From a virus, in the IMG/VR virus record IMGVR_UViG_3300008107_000019, positions 32,001-96,000 of that record: 64,000 nt of DNA. One strand, written 5' to 3'. Below, in pieces: positions 35,462-44,529 of this stretch; positions within the stretch are counted from its first letter, which is position 1; every line of letters begins with the position of its first letter. The translations under genes were made by a program, and so were the position numbers. Under the pieces are notes generated by a model. That model had not been told where the DNA came from. It made no database searches and saw only the letters and a program-made list of their open reading frames with translations.

Positions 35462-35618
35462 TGTTTTATATATAATTCTATTTTCCATAGCCATTAATTG
35501 GATGATTAGCTTGTCTATTCTTTTTCAGGTTACTGAAGATAAGGCAATTAAGATAAGATCTGGTATACTGTTGTTCTTATCGGGAATTATTAGTGGGTGT
35601 TTGATTTACTTATTATGA
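35454..35618 (+). CDS. Small two-TM membrane protein
   Basis: 54-aa hydrophobic ORF overlapping neighbours by a few nt. Confidence 0.55.
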   Translation: MLDVLYIILFSIAINWMISLSILFQVTEDKAIKIRSGILLFLSGIISGCLIYLL

Positions 35619-36073
35619 CTTACGGTGACTTAACAAGAAAAGATCTGCAATACATGCAGATGTGTTATAGTGCAGCTACAATCTTTTCTACATGTGGAAA
35701 GAAGAAATACGCTGCCATATTAGTAGACGAGTACGGTCACATTGTTGGCTTTGGCTATAATGGTGGTCCTAGTGGGTCAGTCCATTGTGAAGATGGAGGA
35801 TGTCCTAGATACAAGGAAATGTCTCCTAGCGGATCTAACTACGACAATTGTATTTCTATTCATGCTGAAGCAAATGCCCTTTTGCATTCTGACTATAGCT
35901 CTAGACCAAGAAAGATATATGTCAACGGACCACCATGTCTTGGTTGCGCTAAGCTAATAGCAAATAGCACAATCACTGATGTTTATTATGTAACAGATAA
36001 TGATTACACTAACTGGGATAACATAGAAACATTCCTTAATTCATGTAATATACAAACCCATAGGATAAAATAG
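35615..36073 (+). CDS. dCMP deaminase
   Basis: GYNG, HAEANA and PCLGC zinc-binding motifs. Confidence 0.9.
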   Translation: MTYGDLTRKDLQYMQMCYSAATIFSTCGKKKYAAILVDEYGHIVGFGYNGGPSGSVHCEDGGCPRYKEMSPSGSNYDNCISIHAEANALLHSDYSSRPRKIYVNGPPCLGCAKLIANSTITDVYYVTDNDYTNWDNIETFLNSCNIQTHRIK

Positions 36074-36318
36074 TGGCTGCATCAAAAGTAAACTATATAG
36101 TTATTTACGCTGGACACAGTCAGGTGTATGGGTGCTCTTCAAAGAAGATAGCATTGGAATCTGCTCCTCCAGAAGGGTGTTCTTTATCTGATAAAAAGGT
36201 GTTATTTATAACATTTGAGCCTGATACAAATCAACTTTCAGTATATAAAGTCGATGATGATGAGGTTATCAATGCTGATATAAAGCTAAAAAAAGAGAAA
36301 AAAACAGAAAATGAGTAA
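36073..36318 (+). CDS. Hypothetical protein
   Basis: 81 aa, GTG start overlapping the previous stop. Confidence 0.55.
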   Translation: MAASKVNYIVIYAGHSQVYGCSSKKIALESAPPEGCSLSDKKVLFITFEPDTNQLSVYKVDDDEVINADIKLKKEKKTENE

Positions 36319-36550
36319 GAAAAATTCCTACAAAAAAAAGATAAACGTAAAACTTTTACCAGGACAAGCTGCATTTGTTGCTGATTTAGAAACACTTCAA
36401 CATATCATAGATACATATAAGTATTTATCTGAGTCAGCTGAAACAAAGCAAGAGAAAGAATCTTGGTTAGCAATCTGTGAAGATATAGCTTACTGGATAA
36501 ACGAAACATACTATTCGGATCAGGACAATGGACAAGAAGAAGAATGGTAA
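36311..36550 (+). CDS. Hypothetical protein
   Basis: 79-aa coupled ORF. Confidence 0.55.
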   Translation: MSKKNSYKKKINVKLLPGQAAFVADLETLQHIIDTYKYLSESAETKQEKESWLAICEDIAYWINETYYSDQDNGQEEEW

Positions 36551-36812
36551 AGTTTTAGTTTTTTTATTAGGATGCTTTTCTGTAGGTCTAATAGCTGGAT
36601 CTATCAGTAAAAATAAGTTTAAGAAAAACTTTATTAACAACCCTCTAACAATAGAGAACTACGTAAATAGACTTTCTGAGTTTGATTTAACACCGCAAAA
36701 AGAAGCCTCTGAGCTATTCTTTGATCTTATCTCTAGTGGTTTTAATGCACAAAAAGCTTTTGAAGTAGTACAAAAAGAATGTATTGAAGCTGGAGAAAAA
36801 TTTTATGATTGA
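36528..36812 (+). CDS. Hypothetical protein with N-terminal TM helix
   Basis: VLVFLLGCFSVGLIAG segment; AGGA RBS. Confidence 0.55.
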   Translation: MDKKKNGKVLVFLLGCFSVGLIAGSISKNKFKKNFINNPLTIENYVNRLSEFDLTPQKEASELFFDLISSGFNAQKAFEVVQKECIEAGEKFYD

Positions 36813-37620
36813 TTTATGTGTTGTAAACCATAACACAAGAACACTGTTGCAAAGATTTTTGGACACCTTGCACTCAGACATGTATGGTCCAAATGGCGCG
36901 CTCGCAAAAAACTGGAATCTTTACATTATGGATAATGATTCTACGGATGACTTTGTTCCATGGCTTAGAAAAAACGAACAACGCTATTGGATTAATAGAA
37001 CCTATTTAAGAGAAAACGTAGGCTATTCCGCTGCCATTAACTATATGGCTAAAACAAGCAGCGCAGAAATTGTAGGTGTCTTAAACGGCGACGTATGGAT
37101 GACTAGCGAAGACTGTTTGAATATAGAAAAGATCTTTGCAAATAATCCTGATATTCACATTCTTGGCCCTAAGCAGAGAGATGAAAATGGCTACATAACA
37201 CATGCAGGGATTATTGGATCAAATACCGCTCCAAAACATAGAGGCTGGAGAGAGCATGATCCTGAAGATGTACTGTATAAAGATCAAATAGATTGTGTAA
37301 CAGTATCAGGTTCTGCCTACTTTGTTAGAAGAGATGTGTGGGATACTCTAACTAATAACCCTAAATATAGAGAGTTATATCCAGATGCAGTAGGCGCATT
37401 CTTACCCACGCCTCATTATTACGAGGAAACCTGGTGTTCATATTTTGCAAGACATTTAGGATATAATGTAGTTTATGATGGTTCTGTTTCCATAGGACAT
37501 AGCTGGCATGCATCAACTCCACGACCAGGCCAAGGAGTAAGCCAAGCAGATAGATATTTTCCTATCTCTAGAGAAATTTTTAGAAAAGCATGTGATTACA
37601 TGGGCATAGAAAGAGATTAG
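36805..37620 (+). CDS. Glycosyltransferase family 2
   Basis: VVNHN, DNDSTD, NVGYSAAIN, LNGD, VSGSAY, YYEETW motifs. Confidence 0.85.
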   Translation: MIDLCVVNHNTRTLLQRFLDTLHSDMYGPNGALAKNWNLYIMDNDSTDDFVPWLRKNEQRYWINRTYLRENVGYSAAINYMAKTSSAEIVGVLNGDVWMTSEDCLNIEKIFANNPDIHILGPKQRDENGYITHAGIIGSNTAPKHRGWREHDPEDVLYKDQIDCVTVSGSAYFVRRDVWDTLTNNPKYRELYPDAVGAFLPTPHYYEETWCSYFARHLGYNVVYDGSVSIGHSWHASTPRPGQGVSQADRYFPISREIFRKACDYMGIERD

Positions 37621-37621
37621 T

Positions 37622-38017
37622 ATGAGCGATAAATTAAATCCTTGGATATACAATGCAGAAGTAAAAAAGGTTATTGACGGAGATACATTTGATATCGTTA
37701 TTGACCTTGGCTTTGACACTCTTAAGAAGGGTAGAGTTCGATTATATGGCGTGAACACACCAGAAAGCAGAACTTCTAATGTGGAAGAAAAAAAGCAGGG
37801 ATTAGCTGCAAAAGAATTTACTGATCAGTGGCTTCAAAAAGCAGGAAGCTGGGTAAAAATAGAAACAATTATTGACAAGAACGAAAAGTATGGTAGAGTC
37901 TTAGCCAAGGTTTGGGATAATGCTGGCAACTGTCTAAATACAGATATTATTGCAGCTGGACTGGCTAGAGAATACTATGGCGTTGGCGATAAAACCTGGA
38001 CTGAATTTAAAAAGTAA
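37622..38017 (+). CDS. Thermonuclease (SNase-like)
   Basis: VIDGDT, RVRLYGVNTPES, EKYGRVLA, LNTDIIAAGLA. Confidence 0.9.
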   Translation: MSDKLNPWIYNAEVKKVIDGDTFDIVIDLGFDTLKKGRVRLYGVNTPESRTSNVEEKKQGLAAKEFTDQWLQKAGSWVKIETIIDKNEKYGRVLAKVWDNAGNCLNTDIIAAGLAREYYGVGDKTWTEFKK

Positions 38018-38018
38018 A

Positions 38019-39215
38019 ATGCTTGTAACTGATTTAGAAATACCATTTGTCAAACACACATATACAAGAAAAGAACAAAGACAAGAAACTTTTCAATTAA
38101 GAGAGAAAAGTTGGATTGGCAAAAATAATATAGGTTATGTTCTCTTTAGAAATGAAGACATTAATCACGTACTAAGAGATGGTCGTTGGCACACAGCCAT
38201 AGGTCTTTTGGCTGATATAAATCCAAATCTTACTGTTGAGTTTAAAAACAGAAGAAAAAAAGGATTAATGGCTTTAAATGGTGAAGCACATGCTAAGTTG
38301 AAGAAGTTAGTAATGCCAGCTTTCAATGCAACTCATGTCAATAGCATAAGACCTTTTATGAATCATCTAATGGGCGAACTACTACATTCTCTAAGTGAAA
38401 AAAAAGAAATAGACTTACAAAAGGATATATTTAATTATTATCCTATTCCAATACTATGTAAACTTTTTGGAATACCAAGTGAAGACTGGGAACTTTTTAG
38501 TGACTGGTCTCATTTAATGTTTAATATATTTAATCTAAATGGAGAAATTGATCAAAAAAAAGTAGCATCTGCTCAAAATCTTTTTGACGAATACACGACT
38601 GAGCTGATAAAGAATAAAAGAAAAAATTTAACAGATGATCTTTTATCTGATTTAATTAGATCAGAGCAAGACGGTGACAAACTGTCTAACGAAGAGCTGA
38701 CTATGCTGATTGAAATAATTATAGCTAGTGGAATAGACACAACTAGATGTCAGCTAGGTCTTTTTACTAGAACTCTTTTAGAAAATAATCTTTTTAATAA
38801 AGATATGAATTTTTCTTTAGATGAAATAATTAGACACGACTCAGTTTTAAGAGGAACCGTAAGAATAGCTTCTACCGATATAGAATATCGTGGAATTGTT
38901 TTTCCTAAAGGAACTCTTGTTTATTTAAATATTGTGTCTGCAAACTTTGATGACCTAGTATTTAATGATCCATTATCAATAATTAACAACAGAAAAGACT
39001 TTAATAAAACATTGTCTTTTGGAGCCGGATTACATTACTGCTTAGGTGCTGCATTAGCAAAAGCAGAAATAGAAGAGGGAATAAGTGTGTTAATAGGTCA
39101 ATTAGCTGATAGAATAGATTCTTGGGAGGCAGAAAATCTGCCTGTAACATCAGTAATTAATGGCTTAAGTTCACTAAAGGTTAGATTAAATGCAAACATT
39201 TCTTCCATATCCTGA
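38019..39215 (+). CDS. Cytochrome P450
   Basis: I-helix SGIDTT, ExxR (EIIR), heme motif FGAGLHYCLG; ATG 38019 just after the upstream TAA. Confidence 0.92.
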   Translation: MLVTDLEIPFVKHTYTRKEQRQETFQLREKSWIGKNNIGYVLFRNEDINHVLRDGRWHTAIGLLADINPNLTVEFKNRRKKGLMALNGEAHAKLKKLVMPAFNATHVNSIRPFMNHLMGELLHSLSEKKEIDLQKDIFNYYPIPILCKLFGIPSEDWELFSDWSHLMFNIFNLNGEIDQKKVASAQNLFDEYTTELIKNKRKNLTDDLLSDLIRSEQDGDKLSNEELTMLIEIIIASGIDTTRCQLGLFTRTLLENNLFNKDMNFSLDEIIRHDSVLRGTVRIASTDIEYRGIVFPKGTLVYLNIVSANFDDLVFNDPLSIINNRKDFNKTLSFGAGLHYCLGAALAKAEIEEGISVLIGQLADRIDSWEAENLPVTSVINGLSSLKVRLNANISSIS

Positions 39216-39594
39216 TTTTATTCAATCAGTAAAAGTGCTAGACTACCGTCGGCTAGGAAAACAGCGTGTTGAAACTTTTCAAGTTCTCAATATTCTCTTA
39301 GATAGAACTCCAACAAAAGGTTGGAGAAATCACCCAGTAACAAAAATGTGGACTGGCTATGAAGAAGCTCTAAAGTTATATCAAAATTTTACCATTCTAG
39401 AATGGATAGATAGAGGATATAAAAACACAATGAAATTTGAACACATAGATCATTCATCATTAAAATATCCGGAATGGTTTGGTAAAGAAGAGTTTCATAA
39501 ATCACACAGATCAAATCTTCTTAGAAAAGACTATGAATATTATTCTCAATACTTTGACGATCCAGCTGATTTAGAGTATTATTGGCCTTCATGA
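39190..39594 (+). CDS. MSMEG_6728-family / pyrimidine-dimer DNA glycosylase-like protein
   Basis: MQTFLPYPDF...LDYRRLGKQRVE...GWRNHP...SHRSNLLRKD. Confidence 0.85.
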   Translation: MQTFLPYPDFIQSVKVLDYRRLGKQRVETFQVLNILLDRTPTKGWRNHPVTKMWTGYEEALKLYQNFTILEWIDRGYKNTMKFEHIDHSSLKYPEWFGKEEFHKSHRSNLLRKDYEYYSQYFDDPADLEYYWPS

Positions 39595-39995
39595 GTATTA
39601 CAGTATATTTAGCAGGAGCGATGGACTATGTTGGCGACTATGCCAAAGGTTGGCGTCAAGAAGCTGCGTTTTTACTTTCCCAAAGAGGGTACAGAACCTT
39701 GGATCCAACTTCTATCCCAGAAGATTATTCAATGACGCCAGAGGAAATTGCACAAAAAAATCTCTTCATGCAGAAGAAATGTGATTTATTGCTGGTAGAA
39801 TACATGCTAGAAGATAGAGCTTACATAGGTACAGATTTTGAAATGGCTTGGGCTAAAATGCACAATCAACCCACCATAGTTATGTGCTCTAATCAAAATA
39901 AAGATCGACCATATATGAAATATATGGCCACAAAGCTTGCAGATAACCTGCAAGATGCTATAGAATATATAGCAATCCATTATCCAACTAACTAA
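39591..39995 (+). CDS. Nucleoside 2-deoxyribosyltransferase/nucleotide hydrolase-like protein
   Basis: VYLAGAM...WRQ...DP...GTDFEMAWA motif pattern. Confidence 0.75.
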   Translation: MSITVYLAGAMDYVGDYAKGWRQEAAFLLSQRGYRTLDPTSIPEDYSMTPEEIAQKNLFMQKKCDLLLVEYMLEDRAYIGTDFEMAWAKMHNQPTIVMCSNQNKDRPYMKYMATKLADNLQDAIEYIAIHYPTN

Positions 39996-40012
39996 CAAAA
40001 GGAATAAATAAA

Positions 40013-40195
40013 ATGTCAGAGAACAAGTTCAAGTACTTTACTGTAACGACAACTACTTTGGTAAAGGCAAATAGCAAGACCGATGCTCAGAAGCTTGCTA
40101 TGGGTCGCCGTGGCGTTACTGGTGAGGTCATGTTCAAGGATGTTGAAATCGAGCGAATCTCAGCTGTTGAGGCTCGCGAGCAGATCATCGCCTGA
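40013..40195 (+). CDS. Small protein paralogous to the N-terminal domain of the 10481 phosphoesterase
   Basis: AAGGA RBS, own downstream hairpin; aligns with residues 1-55 of the 10481 product. Confidence 0.7.
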   Translation: MSENKFKYFTVTTTTLVKANSKTDAQKLAMGRRGVTGEVMFKDVEIERISAVEAREQIIA

Positions 40196-40211
40196 TTGTA
40201 GTATTGTCCTT

Positions 40212-40239
40212 AGGGGAGGGTCGGTTTCGGCCCTCCCCT
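40212..40239 (+). terminator. GC-rich hairpin, probable terminator
   Basis: AGGGGAGGGTCG-GTTT-CGGCCCTCCCCT; no long U-tract. Confidence 0.6.
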
Positions 40240-40261
40240 TACCCTATAGAAAGATAAGCAT

Positions 40262-40954
40262 ATGATATATGCACAAATGGTTGGAAGAAATGAATCTTCC
40301 AGATTTCTAGAGCCAGTTCTAGAAAGACTATCTACTCAGGTAGATAAAATAATTTTTACTGACGACTGTTCAACAGATGATACCGCAGAAGTAGCATCTA
40401 AATATGCTGAGGTGTTTACTACGCCAGAGCCAATGTTTACAAAACACGAAGGCCAACTTAGAGCTTTTGCTTGGGGTAACTTAGAAAAGTTTGCATCTCC
40501 AGGTGATTGGGTTATCGCTATAGATTGTGATGAAAAGCTCTACCATGTAGATGATCTAAATATTAGATCAGTTTTAGCTAAGTCTCAATTTGATGTTGTA
40601 AACGTTCGCTTTTATCATATGTGGAGTGAAACACATTACAGAGTAGATAAACTTTGGGCACCTAATAACTCATCAAGAATCTTTAGATTTAAAGAAGGTG
40701 CTGGATTCCAAAACAAGGCACTTGCGTGTGGTTCTGAGCCAACATATGTTCCTCAGTGGATTCGTCAAAGAAACTACTGGGTAGACTCAGGTCTGATAAT
40801 GCAGCATCTCGGTTATACTTATGATGAAGATAAAAAGTCTAAGTATGAGAGATACTCTACATTAGACGGTGGACAGTTTCATGCTTTAAATCATATTAAT
40901 TCTATAATAGATCCTAATCCAGTATTAATTCAATGGGGAAACTTCGGTATTTAA
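40262..40954 (+). CDS. Glycosyltransferase family 2
   Basis: RNE, DDCSTDDT, DWVIAIDCDE, HLGY motifs. Confidence 0.85.
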   Translation: MIYAQMVGRNESSRFLEPVLERLSTQVDKIIFTDDCSTDDTAEVASKYAEVFTTPEPMFTKHEGQLRAFAWGNLEKFASPGDWVIAIDCDEKLYHVDDLNIRSVLAKSQFDVVNVRFYHMWSETHYRVDKLWAPNNSSRIFRFKEGAGFQNKALACGSEPTYVPQWIRQRNYWVDSGLIMQHLGYTYDEDKKSKYERYSTLDGGQFHALNHINSIIDPNPVLIQWGNFGI

Positions 40955-40955
40955 A

Positions 40956-41669
40956 ATGAAAGACAATAACTTAATATTAGATCCAGTCAAGTCAATTGTA
41001 GACTTGACATATAAGATGGAACAGAAAAAGAAGTTTGCATATGTAAACATCTCTCGTTCCGCTATCAATTTAATGCTTCATAATAGCGATAAGAAGCCCC
41101 CAAAATACTTTGTCAAGTCATTAACAAAGTGTATGAATATTCAGGATCCAAACTTTCTAAAAGCTATTCCTGTTGAATTTTCTGAAGAAATTGAACAAGG
41201 TAAGCTAGCTGAGTTTGGCCTACAGAACGGTAGTAGTTACTACGATGCTGGAATGTTTGAATATTTTTTTGCAAACAAAAAAGAAGTAATAGACATATTT
41301 ATTAATCATTATATTAGGGAGTCAAAGAATGTCGTTTTATCTTTTCATGATAAGAAAACTGTTCAAAAAGTTTTTGGGCAAAATCAATATGTAGTTTCTG
41401 TTCCATATAATAATTACTACGATAAGCTTGACTCAATAGTTGCCCAAGTTTCAGAGTTTGAGGGTGGAGTAGATAGCTGCATTTTAGATTGCCCAATGCT
41501 AGCTACAGCAGTAGCTCCTAAGCTATGGGAAAATTTGGATATGTCTATACTTGACTTTGGTAAAATTATTAGCTCTGTTAGATTTCTTGCTATGCAAAAC
41601 GCAGAAAAAGAAAAGTCAGATGTAGATTCAAAGAAGAAGTTTTACAAAAAGCGTAATGAAAAAAGATAA
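40956..41669 (+). CDS. Hypothetical protein, possibly degenerate GT-D (DUF1792)-fold
   Basis: Position next to a GT2 gene; weak pattern FAYV...VSVPYNNYY...ILDFGK. Confidence 0.5.
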   Translation: MKDNNLILDPVKSIVDLTYKMEQKKKFAYVNISRSAINLMLHNSDKKPPKYFVKSLTKCMNIQDPNFLKAIPVEFSEEIEQGKLAEFGLQNGSSYYDAGMFEYFFANKKEVIDIFINHYIRESKNVVLSFHDKKTVQKVFGQNQYVVSVPYNNYYDKLDSIVAQVSEFEGGVDSCILDCPMLATAVAPKLWENLDMSILDFGKIISSVRFLAMQNAEKEKSDVDSKKKFYKKRNEKR

Positions 41670-42309
41670 TTGGGATGAAGAAATAGACAACACTGAATAC
41701 ATGGTTGATCTATTATTTGACACCTCATTAAGCTTGAATGAAATAGCTAAAGAAGTTGGTTGGCCCCTAGCAAAGGTAAACCAAAAGATTAACCAGCTTG
41801 GTTTATCTTGGTTAAAAAACTCTAGAAAAAAAATGTCTAGGGGTCAAACAGCTCTTACTGCGATCATGCAAAAACTTCTTCCAGGAGAAAAAGTAATTAA
41901 TGAATTTGTCCTAGGTGACAAGTTGAGACTAGATGTGTACTGCCCATCATATAAAGTTGGGGCAGAGTATCACGGTAGACAGCATTTCTTTTATACTGCT
42001 AAATTCTTTAATTCTAAATATGAGTTTGAAGAAGCTCAGAAAAGAGATCAGAAAAAGATTGAACTGTGTAAAGAAATGGGCATAGCCTTAATCATTTTCC
42101 GCTATAATGATATGCTCACAGAACAGGCAGTTTACGATAGATTGTTAGATGCTATAAGAAATTCTCCTTTTAAAAAAGAAGAAAAAGAAAAGAATAAGTT
42201 CTACTCCAGTAAGGCTTATTTAGACTCAAAGAAGCGTCGTTCTGAGCTTAGAAAAAAAGCATACAGAGAGTTAAAACAACAGAGAAAAAATAACAATGGA
42301 AAGACCTGA
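41656..42309 (+). CDS. HTH + DUF559/Vsr-like endonuclease
   Basis: N-terminal HTH (SLNEIAKEVGW); LRLDVY...AEYHGRQH...RDQKK...GIALIIF. Confidence 0.7.
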   Translation: MKKDNWDEEIDNTEYMVDLLFDTSLSLNEIAKEVGWPLAKVNQKINQLGLSWLKNSRKKMSRGQTALTAIMQKLLPGEKVINEFVLGDKLRLDVYCPSYKVGAEYHGRQHFFYTAKFFNSKYEFEEAQKRDQKKIELCKEMGIALIIFRYNDMLTEQAVYDRLLDAIRNSPFKKEEKEKNKFYSSKAYLDSKKRRSELRKKAYRELKQQRKNNNGKT

Positions 42310-43750
42310 AGAATATCAAGATACGCCGATTGAATACCAGGTATTTGCCCTGTCTCTAAGACAAGAGGGGGCAATAGCTTATTTTTCTGAGAATCTTCCA
42401 GAAGACATTGTTGGAATTAACCATGGTCAAAATGGTATACATGAATTCTATTTAGCCCTTTTAGCGTATCATTCTGCAACACAACTTCCTATAGTTGATC
42501 CAGTGGGATTTAGAAACTGGCTTGAATCAGAAACGGATATTAGAGAAGGTCTTGGTGGCAACGCTGGCGTGGACGTAATAATGGACGTCTTACTTTCTCT
42601 TGATTTGTCGACTACTGACTCTGTTATTCAGCTGATTAAGCACAAGGCCAATAAGAAGAAGCAGATTGATTATCTTCATGAGCTTCAAGTTATTCTGAAT
42701 CAAAAAGGCGTAAAGTCAGACAAAGACTTAGCAAGAATATCTTTAATTACATCTGAAATTAGGGAACTAGAAAACCAGCTTAACTATGATCCACTTGAGA
42801 AGTTAACTACGGCTATTGATATTTCTAATAGAGCTGAAGCCCTTTTGGATATCCCTAGCTTTTTGCCAACTCAATTTAAATCTCTTAATAGAGCAATGGG
42901 GTATACAGACGATGGTGGATTTTACAAAGGTGCTGTTCACGCAATTATTGCCCCCTCTGGAAAAGGCAAAAGTACATTTGCTAAATGTCTAGCAAATAAC
43001 TGGGTAGAGAATGGTCATACTGTTCTTTATGTTAACTTTGAAGAAGCAGTAGGCCACTGGGAGAGAATTCTGATGACTCAAATTATTGGAAAGAACGTCT
43101 ATGCAGAAGCCGAGAGATGGACTCCCAGCGAAAGAGAAAAGTATTTAGGAATCTTTAGAGATAAACTAAGTCAGTGGGGAACAAAGCTAATGGTGCGACA
43201 TGATCCCGATACTCCATACTTTGAAGACCTAGAAAGATGGCTAAGAGATATCATTGACCACGCAGAAACTCCTGAGGTTGTTGTTATAGATACAATACAA
43301 TCAATGTTTACTAAGGGCGGTAAGGGTAAACCAAGATGGGGTGAGTTTGAAGAAATGATGGTTAAACTTGAAAAGCTAGCCAGAGATATGAATTGTGTTT
43401 TAATTATTACAGCACAAGAAAACTCAAATAGAATGAAAGAAAAAAGAGAAGTAGTTCAGCAGTCTGATACTGGCGGATCGCTTGCTATTCAACAAAAATG
43501 TGCAGTCACAATATTTATTACTGAGAAGAAACTAATAAGTGGTGACGACTCTGAAGATGAAAATATAATGCAGCTACAAATACCAAAGAACAGAATTACT
43601 GGCTCTAGCTTTATATACAATCCACCACTTGTTAAATATGTTGACTCAAGAAAAGCATATGAAGAATATGAACCAGTTAACAAAGAAGACTATGACGACA
43701 CCAGCTCTTTGCTGGACGATCTTTTAGACGATGAGGATTTTGATATATGA
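42296..43750 (+). CDS. dnaB: DnaB-like replicative helicase
   Basis: Walker A APSGKGKS, NFEE, VVVIDTIQ, TAQEN, KNR. Confidence 0.88.
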   Translation: MERPEEYQDTPIEYQVFALSLRQEGAIAYFSENLPEDIVGINHGQNGIHEFYLALLAYHSATQLPIVDPVGFRNWLESETDIREGLGGNAGVDVIMDVLLSLDLSTTDSVIQLIKHKANKKKQIDYLHELQVILNQKGVKSDKDLARISLITSEIRELENQLNYDPLEKLTTAIDISNRAEALLDIPSFLPTQFKSLNRAMGYTDDGGFYKGAVHAIIAPSGKGKSTFAKCLANNWVENGHTVLYVNFEEAVGHWERILMTQIIGKNVYAEAERWTPSEREKYLGIFRDKLSQWGTKLMVRHDPDTPYFEDLERWLRDIIDHAETPEVVVIDTIQSMFTKGGKGKPRWGEFEEMMVKLEKLARDMNCVLIITAQENSNRMKEKREVVQQSDTGGSLAIQQKCAVTIFITEKKLISGDDSEDENIMQLQIPKNRITGSSFIYNPPLVKYVDSRKAYEEYEPVNKEDYDDTSSLLDDLLDDEDFDI

Positions 43751-44529
43751 AAGAACTATCAGTAGAAGCAATTAAAGATTATCAAACTTGCGCACTTCTC
43801 TATAATTATAGACATGAAGAGGTGCTTCCAGAAACAATACACTCTAGAGAATTGTTTAGCACTAAGTTTGAAAACACGCTAAAGAGCGTAATAAATTATT
43901 TCTTTTACAAGAAGCAGGGTGGGTTTACCCCTTCATATTCATCTTTATTAAACAGATGGGAAAAACTATGGTTTAATAAAGATACAACCGCTTATGACAT
44001 AATACATGAGCAGCATGAAAGCTTTTATGGAAATACAGCAAGTCTGACTTCAAAAGCCGCATCTGCACTTCTTGATTTTTATAATCAATTTGCAGATGAT
44101 GACTCAGTTCCTATGGCTATAGATCAAGCCTTCTATGTGCCAGTAGGAAGTACTGTAAAAATTCATTCTAATTTTGATTTAATTCTTTATAAGAATCAAC
44201 AATATTATGTTTACAAATGGGTTTTTAATTTTAGAACATCTCACACCTCTTTATATCAGATAGATTTTTCTATTTTAAATGAAGCTTTTAATCATAAGTT
44301 TCCAGGAAAATCGTCAAGAGCCCATTTTGGATACTATGACATCTTAGCTTCTTCTCAAAAGTTTGTTGAATACGAAGTAAGTGAAGAAGACTCCAATGCA
44401 TTAAAGTATTGGTGTAGTACAATAGAAGGTGACAAAAAGTTTGTACCAAGAAGAGGGCTAACTTCTTACTGCAAGAAGTGCCCATTTGATAAGCCGTGCT
44501 CTAAGTGGAAAGATTGGGAGATTGATTAA
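43747..44529 (+). CDS. Cas4/RecB-like PD-(D/E)XK fold protein with degenerate active site
   Basis: N-terminal DYQTC and C-terminal CKKCPFDKPC (four-Cys Fe-S pattern); FDLIL...YVYKW replaces D..(D/E)xK. Confidence 0.6.
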   Translation: MKELSVEAIKDYQTCALLYNYRHEEVLPETIHSRELFSTKFENTLKSVINYFFYKKQGGFTPSYSSLLNRWEKLWFNKDTTAYDIIHEQHESFYGNTASLTSKAASALLDFYNQFADDDSVPMAIDQAFYVPVGSTVKIHSNFDLILYKNQQYYVYKWVFNFRTSHTSLYQIDFSILNEAFNHKFPGKSSRAHFGYYDILASSQKFVEYEVSEEDSNALKYWCSTIEGDKKFVPRRGLTSYCKKCPFDKPCSKWKDWEID

